Part shown: positions 39,319 to 48,391 of the stretch, in pieces | Numbering within the stretch: the stretch's first letter is position 1 | Layout: each line of letters begins with the position of its first letter | DNA from: Candidatus Omnitrophota bacterium | GTDB taxonomy: Bacteria; Omnitrophota; Omnitrophia; Omnitrophales; Aquincolibacteriaceae | Length of the DNA stretch: 64,000 nt | Direction of reading: 5' to 3' | Assembly (NCBI GenBank): GCA_903820505.1 | Contig: CAIJHQ010000045.1 | Span: 79,625-143,624, forward strand | Program-made: the position numbers and the translations under genes | The notes under the pieces: model-generated | Seen by the model: the letters and a program-made list of their open reading frames with translations, nothing else | Databases searched by the model: none | Told to the model about the DNA's origin: nothing

Positions 39319-39858
39319 CTACCGTTTCCGGGGATTTTTTAAATAAAAATAACCGATCACTGTTTTTCCGTCCTGGATCTTCCCCCGGCGGATCATACGG
39401 CCGATCTCGGACAGGCTGAATTCCCGCAACTCGAATTCCTCATCTTCATCCTTCGGCGCCGATGCCGGCCTGAGACTGGACGCGAGATAGAGGTGCATCT
39501 TCTCCCCCGAAACCCCCGGGGTCGGGAAAAAAGCGATGATCTTCTGAAGCCGGCCCGGTCTCATTCCGATCTCTTCCATCAACTCGCGTCTGGCCGCCGC
39601 GGAGAACGATTCCCCGGGTTCGCGCCCACCGGCGGGAAATTCCCAAAGGTGTTTCGCGAGGGGGAACCGGTATTGGCGCACCAGGATGTACTTTCCGGAG
39701 GCCGTCCGGGGAATGATCGCCACGCAACCGGGATGTTCCAGGACCTGCCTTGAGAGGACCTTCCCGTGCGGCGTCCGCACCCGGTAATTGACGAGGTGGA
39801 TCGGACCCTTCTTGAACAATACCTTTTTCCTGAGGATCTTATAATTTTTTTTCGTCAT
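39319..39858 (-). CDS. NUDIX hydrolase.
   Basis: Nudix box GGREPGESFSAAARRELMEEIG (GX5EX7REUXEEXGU). Confidence 0.8.
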   Translation of the reverse strand: MTKKNYKILRKKVLFKKGPIHLVNYRVRTPHGKVLSRQVLEHPGCVAIIPRTASGKYILVRQYRFPLAKHLWEFPAGGREPGESFSAAARRELMEEIGMRPGRLQKIIAFFPTPGVSGEKMHLYLASSLRPASAPKDEDEEFELREFSLSEIGRMIRRGKIQDGKTVIGYFYLKNPRKR

Positions 39859-39919
39859 CAGCGCATATCCGGCACTCTAGAAAGATCATCATCGGATGCA
39901 TCCCGGCCGCGTGAAATGG

Positions 39920-41215
39920 TCAGGACAGGTCCGAAGGCTGACCGGTGGTGGAGAGCACCGCTTTCCACAACCAGCCGTTGGGATCTATGTTGCGGCGTTG
40001 GGAGGTCGCGAGCGGGATCGGAATATGCGTCGCTTCGCCTTTCCAGGCACCCACCAACATATCCGTCCGTCCGGACATCCCGGCGTGGACCGCCGAATGG
40101 CCCAAAAGCAGGCAGTACGCGGAATCATGCGCGATAGCCGGCATGCTCCGTATGGTGTAGCTCGGATCGATATATTTGACGCTCGCTTCCATGCCGGCGT
40201 TCTTGAAATAAGACTTGATCTCGTCACGCAAAAAAACGCCGATGTCCTCATGAAGAACGTTCCCCGAACGGTCCTGAACAGGTCCTCCGGCCTTTTTCAG
40301 CAGGTCCTGTCCCGCCCCTTCCGCCACCACGATCACCGCATGTGACTTGGTCTTCAAACGCTTTTCAAGGGCCCTCATGAGAGCATCGAGGCTGAAAGGG
40401 ACCTCGGGTATCAGGCAAAAATTGACCTGACTGTCCGCGAGCGTCGTAAAGGCTGCGATAAAACCGGAATCCCGTCCCATCAGCTTGACGAGCCCGATCC
40501 CGTTACGGGCGCCGGTCGCCTCGCTGTGAGCCGCGTACGTGAACCGCCGCGCTTCGCTGACCGCCGTCTCGATCCCGAATGTTTTCTGCACGAACGAAAT
40601 GTCATTGTCGATCGTTTTGGGAATGCCGACCACCGCGATCTTCAGCCCGCGCCGCGTGATCTCCTGGTAAATTTCATGAGCGCCGCGTAAGGTGCCGTCC
40701 CCGCCGAGCGTGAACAGGATCCCGATCTTGAGAGCTTCAAGCGTGTCCACCATCTCCGCCGGGTCCTGGTTCCCGCGGGAAGAACCCAGGATCGTGCCGC
40801 CCATCTCATGGATCCGGCTGACGCTTTTCGGATCGAGGTCCATCGGTTCGTTCCCGTATTTCTTCACCAGCCCTTCATAGCCGTACCGGAATCCATAAAC
40901 TTTTTTAACGCCGTATCCGTAATACAGTTCCAGCACGACGGCGCGCACCACGTCATTCAGTCCGGGACAAAGCCCCCCGCAGGACACGATCCCGCACCTC
41001 AGCTCCTTCGGATCAAAGAAGATCTTTTCCCTCGGCCCGGCCAGCTCCATGGCAGGCGGCTCCAGGCGGGCGTCCAGGTAGGGCTTGAGATCTTTCAGGC
41101 TGGAGTGATAAAGCAGGACATCGTCATCCCGGACGAATTGCCTGTTCTCAATGGGCGACGAAAAGCGGCATTCCCCGAGTTTTTTAACGCTGAAATCAAC
41201 ATTCGGTTCGTTCAT
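39920..41215 (-). CDS. 6-phosphofructokinase, long (~430 aa) form.
   Basis: Contains GGLCPGLNDVVRAVV, LGGDGTL and GIPKTIDNDI. The Gly in GGDG suggests ATP-dependence, while the Lys in PKTIDND is more typical of PPi-type enzymes. Confidence 0.8.
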   Translation of the reverse strand: MNEPNVDFSVKKLGECRFSSPIENRQFVRDDDVLLYHSSLKDLKPYLDARLEPPAMELAGPREKIFFDPKELRCGIVSCGGLCPGLNDVVRAVVLELYYGYGVKKVYGFRYGYEGLVKKYGNEPMDLDPKSVSRIHEMGGTILGSSRGNQDPAEMVDTLEALKIGILFTLGGDGTLRGAHEIYQEITRRGLKIAVVGIPKTIDNDISFVQKTFGIETAVSEARRFTYAAHSEATGARNGIGLVKLMGRDSGFIAAFTTLADSQVNFCLIPEVPFSLDALMRALEKRLKTKSHAVIVVAEGAGQDLLKKAGGPVQDRSGNVLHEDIGVFLRDEIKSYFKNAGMEASVKYIDPSYTIRSMPAIAHDSAYCLLLGHSAVHAGMSGRTDMLVGAWKGEATHIPIPLATSQRRNIDPNGWLWKAVLSTTGQPSDLS

Positions 41216-41323
41216 ATGGAAGAATGGGCACTCATCTCTTACGCGATCCGAACACAGTGTCCGGGAAAACGCGAAAGCCGCTTTGTTGGGGGCAGATTAT
41301 AGCAAGCACCGCATCGAAAAGCC

Positions 41324-41341
41324 ATAAGACCTTAGTCTTAT
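41324..41341. promoter_or_regulatory. Perfect 7-bp inverted repeat ATAAGAC-N4-GTCTTAT in a divergent intergenic region.
   Basis: Read directly from the sequence. It lies between the pfk gene (minus, start 41215) and the DUF4136 gene (plus, start 41409). A TATAAT-like box sits at ~41374-41379. Operator-like. Confidence 0.3.
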
Positions 41342-41408
41342 AGCATTCCAAAGACGCTCGCGCTATAATCCCCCCGTCTTGAACCACCCCAACGCGAAGG
41401 AGCGCACC

Positions 41409-42002
41409 ATGAACTCGCAAAAAGTCCGGATTCTTTCCGTCTTGATCACGATCACATCGCTTCTTGTTTTCACGGGTTGTGCGACCGTGACCTCGCACTC
41501 CGACTGGGACACGTCCGCGAATTTCAGCGCCCTTCAAACCTACTCCTGGGTCCCGGGCCAGCAACCGCTCACGGGGGACGCCCGGATCGACAACAACACC
41601 CTCCTCGACCAGCGCGTCCGGCAAGCCGTTAACACCGTGCTCACGTCCAAAGGTTATATAAAGACGGACACCAATCCGGATTTCTGGGTAAGCTATTCGG
41701 CCGCGATCGAGGCAAAGATCGACGCCGTCACCATGCCTTCCTACGGCTACGCGACACCTTATGTCGGCCCCTACGGAGAAGCGCGCTATGATTACTCGGG
41801 AATGTGGAGCGGCAGCACCACATCCGTCATGCAATATGATGAAGGGTCACTGATCCTGGACGTTGCGGACGCGAAAACCCGTCGACTGATCTGGCGCGGG
41901 ACGGTCAGCGACGTTGTGGACCCGTCACGATCCCCGGAAAAGAAACAACAGATCATCGAACAGGCGATCTCGAAAGCATTCTCGGAGTTCCCGCCGCAAT
42001 AA
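41409..42002 (+). CDS. DUF4136 family lipoprotein.
   Basis: AAGGAG lies 8 nt upstream of the ATG at 41409. Signal peptide with lipobox LLVFTGC. Mature protein is ~175 aa. Confidence 0.7.
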   Translation: MNSQKVRILSVLITITSLLVFTGCATVTSHSDWDTSANFSALQTYSWVPGQQPLTGDARIDNNTLLDQRVRQAVNTVLTSKGYIKTDTNPDFWVSYSAAIEAKIDAVTMPSYGYATPYVGPYGEARYDYSGMWSGSTTSVMQYDEGSLILDVADAKTRRLIWRGTVSDVVDPSRSPEKKQQIIEQAISKAFSEFPPQ

Positions 42003-42020
42003 AGGAACGCGGGATTTTCG

Positions 42021-42055
42021 CGACGCTTCAGCTCTTCGCGTCGTGGAATTTTTTT
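42021..42055 (+). terminator. Candidate intrinsic terminator for the DUF4136 gene. It overlaps the 3' end of the convergent ppk1 gene.
   Basis: Hairpin CGACGC-(11 nt)-GCGTCG followed by TGGAATTTTTTTGG on the plus strand. On the minus strand it reads as an A-run, so it terminates only plus-strand transcription. Confidence 0.35.
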
Positions 42056-44100
42056 GGCTTTTGGGGGATCACTTCGATGGAAATCTTTTTTTTGGAGAGA
42101 GATTCGCTATCCAGCGCTTTCTGGCAGAGATACTCCTGGACCCGGAATTTCTTATCAGGACCGGCTTCTTTTTTCTGATATTCTCCGTCCGGAGATAACG
42201 TCCAGGCCTTGTTGTTATCTTTAAAGTAGAGTGACAGCAGCTGAAGAAGTTCCTTTTTATTTTTCCTGTCCTCCACGGGGAACATGAGCTCCAGTCGCCT
42301 GTCGAGGTTCCTGGGCATCCAGTCTGCGCTGGAAAGATAGACTTCTTCTTCCCCGCCGTTGAAAAAATAAAAAAGCCGGCTGTGCTCCAGGAACATATCC
42401 ACGACGCTGACCACTTCGATATTCTCGCTGAGGCCCTTGATCCCGGGCCGGAGACAGCAGATCCCGCGGACATTGAGTTTGATCCGGACCCCTTTTTGCG
42501 AGGCACGGTAAAGAGCTTCGATGATCTCCTTATCCACCAGGGAGTTCATCTTCGCCATAATGAGGCCCGGACGTTCCGGAGCGCTCTGAACGGATTCCCT
42601 CAGGATCAGCCGCAAAAGCCTGCGGCGTAATCCGTGGGGCGCCATCTCGAGTTTGGAGAAATGACCGGGACTCGAAAATCCCGTCATGACATTGAAGAAC
42701 GAACCCGCGTCCCGCGTGAATTCATCGTTGCTTGTGAAAAGATTGAGGTCCGAATAGACCTGCGCGGTTTTTTCGTTGTAGTTGCCGGTCCCGAGATGCA
42801 GATAACGCTTGATCCCCTCTGCTTCGCGGCGTATGACCAGACAAGCTTTGGCGTGCGTCTTGAGGCCGACCACTCCGTAAAGGACCGTGGCACCCGCTCT
42901 TTCAAGCCGTCTTGCCTCCTCGATGTTCAGTTCCTCATCAAATCGCGCCTTCAATTCAAGAAGTACCGTGACCTGTTTGCCTTTTTCCACCGCCTTTTCG
43001 AGTATGTTAATGACGGCGGAATTCCGTCCTATTCGATAAAGCGTCTGCTTGATGGCCAAAACATCGGGGTCTTCCGCGGCGGTCGTCAGAAAACGCAAAA
43101 AGGCTCCGAAAGAATCGTAGGGATAATGCACCAGCAGGTCTTTTTCCTTGAGAAGACCCCAAAGGTCACGGGCCTCTTCCACTTCCGCGACGGGCCTCGG
43201 CGTCCAAGCGGGACGTTTGAATTTTTCAAAGCCGGGCTGGAATGCGAGCTGGGAAATGCTTTTAAGATCGAGCTCCCCCTCGCCCCTGAAGATCATGTGT
43301 TCTTCCAGGCCCATCTTTTTCTTGAACCGCTCCGCCACATCCTTGGGAGCATCGATCTCGAGACGCACGACCGGACTTTCTCTCCGGGACCGTAACGCCT
43401 CGCTCATGATCTTCGCGAGATCCTCATCTCTTTCCTCATCGATCGTGAATTCCGCGCAACGCGTCACCCGTAACAACCCCTGCTGCCCGACCATGAAACC
43501 GGAAAAAAGCTCCCTAGCGAAAAGGCCGATCACATCTTCGATAAGAATGAACGCGTGAGCGGACCCCGAAGGGAGCGAGATCATCCGAGGATAATTTTTC
43601 GGGATCTCAACCAACGCATGGTGGAGGATCGCGGGGTTGGAGGACTCCCCGACCTCAAAGACACGGTAGAGAGTGAGGTTTGAGAGGTTCGGAAACGGCT
43701 GTTCGTCATGGATCGCCAGCGGGGTCAGGAGCGGGAGAAGTTCTTTGGTAAAAAGATTTTTCACATACGCGAACTGCTTTTCGTCCAGATTCGGGGGAAG
43801 AACCCTCACAATACCCGCTTCCGCAAGACCGGAAGCCAAAAGCTCCTTGAAAGAAAGATGCTGTTTGCGGATCAGATCGAACGCCTGCCGGTAGATCTCG
43901 GGAAGCCGCGGATCCGTTTCGGGAAGGCTGGCGACCCGGACCATGAAGAATTCGTCGAAATTGGAGCTGACGATCCCGAGAAACTTCAGACGCTCCAGGG
44001 CGGGGTTCGAAGGGTCCATGCCCTCGGCCAACACGCGGGCGTTGAAACGGATCCAGGATAGTTCGCGGTCAAAATATTTTTCCTGAGAGGGAGTGTCCAT
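42028..44100 (-). CDS. ppk1: Polyphosphate kinase 1.
   Basis: 690 aa. Begins YFDRELSWIRFNARVLAEG (PPK N-terminus). Two PLD-like HKD-type C-terminal domains. ATG start. Confidence 0.9.
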   Translation of the reverse strand: MDTPSQEKYFDRELSWIRFNARVLAEGMDPSNPALERLKFLGIVSSNFDEFFMVRVASLPETDPRLPEIYRQAFDLIRKQHLSFKELLASGLAEAGIVRVLPPNLDEKQFAYVKNLFTKELLPLLTPLAIHDEQPFPNLSNLTLYRVFEVGESSNPAILHHALVEIPKNYPRMISLPSGSAHAFILIEDVIGLFARELFSGFMVGQQGLLRVTRCAEFTIDEERDEDLAKIMSEALRSRRESPVVRLEIDAPKDVAERFKKKMGLEEHMIFRGEGELDLKSISQLAFQPGFEKFKRPAWTPRPVAEVEEARDLWGLLKEKDLLVHYPYDSFGAFLRFLTTAAEDPDVLAIKQTLYRIGRNSAVINILEKAVEKGKQVTVLLELKARFDEELNIEEARRLERAGATVLYGVVGLKTHAKACLVIRREAEGIKRYLHLGTGNYNEKTAQVYSDLNLFTSNDEFTRDAGSFFNVMTGFSSPGHFSKLEMAPHGLRRRLLRLILRESVQSAPERPGLIMAKMNSLVDKEIIEALYRASQKGVRIKLNVRGICCLRPGIKGLSENIEVVSVVDMFLEHSRLFYFFNGGEEEVYLSSADWMPRNLDRRLELMFPVEDRKNKKELLQLLSLYFKDNNKAWTLSPDGEYQKKEAGPDKKFRVQEYLCQKALDSESLSKKKISIEVIPQKPKKFHDAKS

Positions 44101-44106
44101 AAGGTC

Positions 44107-45669
44107 TTAGGGTGAAGGGGCCGCGCCTTGCTTCAGGTCGATGGACGCTCCGAAAACATCGGCGAACATGTCCCCCTTGTTGTGAAGACTTTCCCGTTCC
44201 AGGGAAATGTCCCCGATCTCTTTGGGGACCCAGATGGCATAGGCGGCCTCGGCACGCTCAAGAGTGAACGTCCTGACCTTTTGCTGGTGGCTTGTGTCCA
44301 AAGCGTCCGCGACCCTTAAAATGGCGGCGAGTTTGGAGACCACGGCACGGTCCGATTTTGTGAGCGACATGTAGGGAAGATGGGTCTCCCGCGGAGGCAC
44401 GCGCCGGTGGTACCGGGCGACGTTGGCGACGATGTTCTTGTCGGTTCGCCGTAATCCGAAGATCTCGGCGGCGTCCACAAGATAAAATGAATGCTTATGA
44501 TGCCCCGCCGGAGAAATATAAGTGCCGATATCATGAAGGACCCCCGAGACCTCGAGCAGCAACCGCTCGCGCGGCCCCATGCCGTGATCCTGCTGAAGCA
44601 GATCAAAAAGTTTGACGGCAAGGGACGCCACGTTCGACGCGTGACTTTTTTCGAACATATATTTCGCGCCGAGATGATACGCGGAATTCAGCACCTGACG
44701 CGAAACATCGGTCCTGCGATATCCGGAAAAAAACTGCGCCAGTTCGAGCAGGAGGCCGTCCCGGATGCTCAGCATCGGAATGATGATCTCTTCCGCTTTT
44801 GTCTCCGCCAGGAAATTCGAATAAAAAAGGACCGACGGATAAACGGATTCGGCCTGTCCATAATCCAGGTTGTAGTGGCTCACGATCTCTTCCGGCGTCA
44901 TCTTCCCGATCTTGGCCAAAAAATTCAGGAACTCTTTCTTGCCGAGGATCGTAAAACGCTCCTGCGTCTCCGGAAGCAATTGCTGGGACACAAAGCGCAT
45001 ATCCCCGCCCAAAGCGATGAACGTGTCGATCTGGTCCATCCGGACTTCGCGCGCCGCGTGCTGGGCGATCTCGCGAATGCTTCGTTTCAGGACGCGCTGC
45101 ACCAACGCGGCATCCGCCTTTCCGCTCAACGCCTGTTCCGGAAGGCGCACCGAACCTATCGGCAGGGTCCGCGTCACCCCCACCTCGCCCTGGTTCATAA
45201 TGATCATCTCGGTGCTCCCGGAACCGACTTCCACGATCAAACAGTTCCGTTTCTGGAGGTCGATCTTTCCTTCCAGTGCATGTTCCACCGCGATTAATTC
45301 CAGCCGGTTCTCTTCGGCGCCTTCCAGGACCTCGACATCGATCCCCGTACGCACATACACCTGGTCGATGAAATTGTCGCGGTTCTGCGCTTCCCGGACC
45401 GCGCTCGTGGCGATCGCCTGGATCTTCTTGATCCCGTACGTATCGATCACGGACCTGAAGCCTTTCAGGATATTCACGCCCTGGCGCATGACGGTATTAC
45501 TGAGACGGCCCGTTTTGAAAACATCCTTGCCGAAACTCACGGGCTTCTGAAGATGCTCCAGATACCGGATCTCGTTCCTGGGGCCCACCTCCGCGATCAC
45601 CATGCGAATCGCGATCGTACCGATATCGATCACCGCCACCGTGTTTTTTTGGATCTCCGCGTCCGGCAT
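44107..45669 (-). CDS. ppx: Exopolyphosphatase / guanosine pentaphosphate phosphohydrolase (Ppx/GppA) with a C-terminal HD domain.
   Basis: Begins AVIDIGTIAIRMVIAEV (ASKHA fold). The C-terminal region has the HD motif in VLHDIG. The start is taken as the ATG at 45669 (MPDAEIQ...), which overlaps the upstream stop by 1 nt. Confidence 0.85.
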   Translation of the reverse strand: MPDAEIQKNTVAVIDIGTIAIRMVIAEVGPRNEIRYLEHLQKPVSFGKDVFKTGRLSNTVMRQGVNILKGFRSVIDTYGIKKIQAIATSAVREAQNRDNFIDQVYVRTGIDVEVLEGAEENRLELIAVEHALEGKIDLQKRNCLIVEVGSGSTEMIIMNQGEVGVTRTLPIGSVRLPEQALSGKADAALVQRVLKRSIREIAQHAAREVRMDQIDTFIALGGDMRFVSQQLLPETQERFTILGKKEFLNFLAKIGKMTPEEIVSHYNLDYGQAESVYPSVLFYSNFLAETKAEEIIIPMLSIRDGLLLELAQFFSGYRRTDVSRQVLNSAYHLGAKYMFEKSHASNVASLAVKLFDLLQQDHGMGPRERLLLEVSGVLHDIGTYISPAGHHKHSFYLVDAAEIFGLRRTDKNIVANVARYHRRVPPRETHLPYMSLTKSDRAVVSKLAAILRVADALDTSHQQKVRTFTLERAEAAYAIWVPKEIGDISLERESLHNKGDMFADVFGASIDLKQGAAPSP

Positions 45670-46670
45670 TACCAAAAGGTCCTTTCTTTTTTGAAATAAA
45701 AATCACGGGCGAGCCTCGCCGCGCCCTTCACGACCGCATAATCCTTCAGCTTCGACGGAACGACTTTCACCGATCCCACCAGGGGCTTCAGAAGACATTC
45801 TTCCATGACTCGGCGCGCTTCAGGAAGGATCAAATGCTCCATCGCTTCGATCATCCCGCCCCCCAGCACGATCATCTCGGGATTCAGGATGTTCGCGAGA
45901 TTCGCCATGACGATCCCGAGCATTTTCCCTTTGTCCAGGACCAACCCTTTGACCGCTTTATCCCCGCCCTCGATCGCGCGGAGCAAAGTCCGGCTTTTGA
46001 TCTTTTTGATATTGTAACCGACCTCGTCGAACAGATGCGGGGCTTTTTGTTTCAATAGCAGCAGTGCGGCTTCTGCGGTCACTCCGAGGCGCCCCAGAGA
46101 CGCCCCCACGGTTTCAAAAATACCGTGCCCCTGAAGAAAGGACGGCATCGACACAAGCGTATGCCCGATCTCTCCGGCACTTCCCGTAGCTCCCCGGTAA
46201 AGCTTCCCGTCCATGATCAGCGCTCCCCCGACGCCCGTCCCGAGAAAGATCCCGATCACATGCTGCCTTTTTCTTGCGACGCCCAATTTGTATTCCCCAT
46301 AAAGCCCCGCGTTCGCGTCATTTTCGAGCAGGACGGGAGCCTTGAGATATTTTGAAAGTTTTGCCTGCAGGGGATAGTTCTTCAGAAAAGAGATGTTGTT
46401 GGATAACTTCACGATACCCTTGGGACACCTGATAATACCGGGGCATCCTACGCCGGCCACCAGGACATTCTTGGAAGTAATGCGTCCTTCTTCCAAAAGA
46501 ACCTCGATCCCGCCGAAAAGGGTCCTCAGAAAGGCCTTTTCGCCCTGGTTCCCGTCGACCTCGGCCTTGTATTCCCGGCAAACCCGGAAATTCTTGTCCA
46601 AAAGCCCCATCAGGACTTTTGTCCCGCCGAGATCGATCCCGATCATGTATTTCTTTTTTTTACCCGCCAT
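45669..46670 (-). CDS. ROK-family sugar kinase (glucokinase-like), a candidate polyphosphate/ATP glucokinase.
   Basis: Begins MIGIDLGGTKV and contains LENDANAGLYGEY and GTGVGGALI, with the Zn-binding CPG...C...H region typical of ROK kinases. GGAGG sits 5 nt upstream of the ATG at 46670. The ORF track starts at 46724. Confidence 0.8.
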   Translation of the reverse strand: MAGKKKKYMIGIDLGGTKVLMGLLDKNFRVCREYKAEVDGNQGEKAFLRTLFGGIEVLLEEGRITSKNVLVAGVGCPGIIRCPKGIVKLSNNISFLKNYPLQAKLSKYLKAPVLLENDANAGLYGEYKLGVARKRQHVIGIFLGTGVGGALIMDGKLYRGATGSAGEIGHTLVSMPSFLQGHGIFETVGASLGRLGVTAEAALLLLKQKAPHLFDEVGYNIKKIKSRTLLRAIEGGDKAVKGLVLDKGKMLGIVMANLANILNPEMIVLGGGMIEAMEHLILPEARRVMEECLLKPLVGSVKVVPSKLKDYAVVKGAARLARDFYFKKERTFW

Positions 46671-46813
46671 ACCGCCTCCGCGAGAATCCGGACCCGAAAA
46701 AAGACCGGAGAAAATGAACGACAACCGGACCGGAACCAGTACCGTGTCTTATTAATTTTAAGGGTACACGGCATAGTACTGCGAACCCGTAAAATTTACT
46801 GTAACGCAGTCTA

Positions 46814-47671
46814 TTAGTAAACCGCCGGTATGAATCTTTGTTTGCTCAAGGGCGGCCTCTTATACCCCTTGTCCTTCTGCCGCTTCGGGATCACGAGTTT
46901 CTTTTGAGTCACATCCTTATAGGGGATGCGGGACAAAAGATGCGCCATGCAATTGAGCCGCGCGCGTTTTTTATCGTTCGCGTCCACCACGTACCAGGGA
47001 GAATGCTTGGTGTCTGTGTATTCGAACATCACGTCCTTGGCCTTGGAGTACTCCACCCAGCGCGCCCGGGCTTCGAGGTCCATCGGGCTGAGCTTCCAGC
47101 GGCGTGCCGGATCCTTGAACCTCTCCTGGAACCGCGCTTCCTGAACATCGTCACTGACCGAGAACCAGTATTTGATGAGGATGACCCCGGCATGGATCAG
47201 CGCCTTCTCGAATTCGGGACAGAAATGCAGAAATTCCATGTATTCCTCGTCCGTGCAAAAGCCCATCACGTGCTCGACGCCCGCACGGTTGTACCAGCTG
47301 CGGTCGAAAAGCACCATCTCGCCGGCCGCCGGAAGATACGCGGCGTAACGCTGAAAATACCACTGCGTTTTTTCCCGCTCGGTGGGAGTCCCCAAGGCCG
47401 CGATCCTGACAATACGGGGATTCGTACGGGTTGACAGCCGCTTGATCACGCCCCCCTTGCCGGCCGCGTCGCGCCCTTCAAAAAGCACCACCACTTTCAG
47501 ACCCTTAAGCTTGATCCATTCCTGCAACTTGACCATTTCGGTCTGCAGCCGCTCGATCTCTTTGTTGTAGACCTTGTTTTTGAGTTTCTTGGGCAGGCCA
47601 TCGAGTTTCCCGGATCTTTTTTTCAGGACCTTTTTCATTGTCTCTTTCATTCGTTTTTCCTTCTTGCTCAT
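46814..47671 (-). CDS. ppk2: Polyphosphate kinase 2.
   Basis: Walker A-like FEGRDAAGKGG, plus DRSWYNR and a lid region. About 285 aa, single-domain PPK2. Confidence 0.9.
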   Translation of the reverse strand: MSKKEKRMKETMKKVLKKRSGKLDGLPKKLKNKVYNKEIERLQTEMVKLQEWIKLKGLKVVVLFEGRDAAGKGGVIKRLSTRTNPRIVRIAALGTPTEREKTQWYFQRYAAYLPAAGEMVLFDRSWYNRAGVEHVMGFCTDEEYMEFLHFCPEFEKALIHAGVILIKYWFSVSDDVQEARFQERFKDPARRWKLSPMDLEARARWVEYSKAKDVMFEYTDTKHSPWYVVDANDKKRARLNCMAHLLSRIPYKDVTQKKLVIPKRQKDKGYKRPPLSKQRFIPAVY

Positions 47672-47775
47672 GGGAGCCCTCCTGCAGCTTGCACCTTTTA
47701 TTCGTTCCGGACCGGATCATCCAGGCCCGTATCAGAAATACTTCTTCCCCACCCCTAAAATGCGGCTGCGGAACC

Positions 47776-48342
47776 CTAATTCCCGAGAAGCCCTTTGGCG
47801 AACTCCTTGTTGGGCGGATATTTCAGCCAGACCATAAAAAGGGCCTCGGTGAAATCCTGCCCTTTGATCACGGCCTTGGATTCGCCCCGGACGATGATCT
47901 CGACCTGCTCGTCCGTGAAGGAATAGACCATCTCCTCCCCTTTTTTCATATCGTTCATTGCGGCCATCAACTGCGGGATCCGGTCCTTGATCACGGGATA
48001 TTCCCTGGAAACCTTTGCCAGACCCTTCTGCCACGCTTCCCGGGATTGTTCCGCGCTGACGTCCCGCTGGAATTTCATCACCAGCTTCTTCGTCCCCTTC
48101 GACTGGATCAGCTGGTCCGCATCGTTGGTTTTCACCGGAACATAAAGCCCCGCAACGTAGACCCGGACCTTCGCGATCGTTGCAAATCTCGGACCGAGCC
48201 CGTTCAACACCAGGACCTCCTGCCCCGACGCCTGGATCGAATCCGGGAATTCCACACCCTCGAAATCGGCCGCCATCCCATGGCCGGCCGCCAGACACTG
48301 GATCGCCACCGCCAACGAAATCCCCATGATCTTCTTCAGCAT
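47776..48342 (-). CDS. Chalcone-isomerase-like (CHI-fold) secreted protein.
   Basis: Signal peptide MLKKIMGISLAVAIQCLAAGHG. The remainder resembles the bacterial Chalcone_3/CHI-like fold (VLVLNGLGPRFATIAKVRVYVAGLY). The start is placed at the internal ATG at 48342. Confidence 0.55.
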   Translation of the reverse strand: MLKKIMGISLAVAIQCLAAGHGMAADFEGVEFPDSIQASGQEVLVLNGLGPRFATIAKVRVYVAGLYVPVKTNDADQLIQSKGTKKLVMKFQRDVSAEQSREAWQKGLAKVSREYPVIKDRIPQLMAAMNDMKKGEEMVYSFTDEQVEIIVRGESKAVIKGQDFTEALFMVWLKYPPNKEFAKGLLGN

Positions 48343-48391
48343 ATTTCCTCCCGAAATCGGGGCGTCGCAAACTCCGAACGCTCCCGGCACG

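Noticed and set aside
46671-46813. Possible terminator or attenuator hairpins in the 143-bp gap between ppk2 and the ROK kinase gene.
   Set aside because: There are only short, self-complementary CCGG stems, and a CCGTGT...ACACGG stem with an 18-nt loop and no U-tract. The evidence is too weak, and the gap may simply hold an internal promoter.
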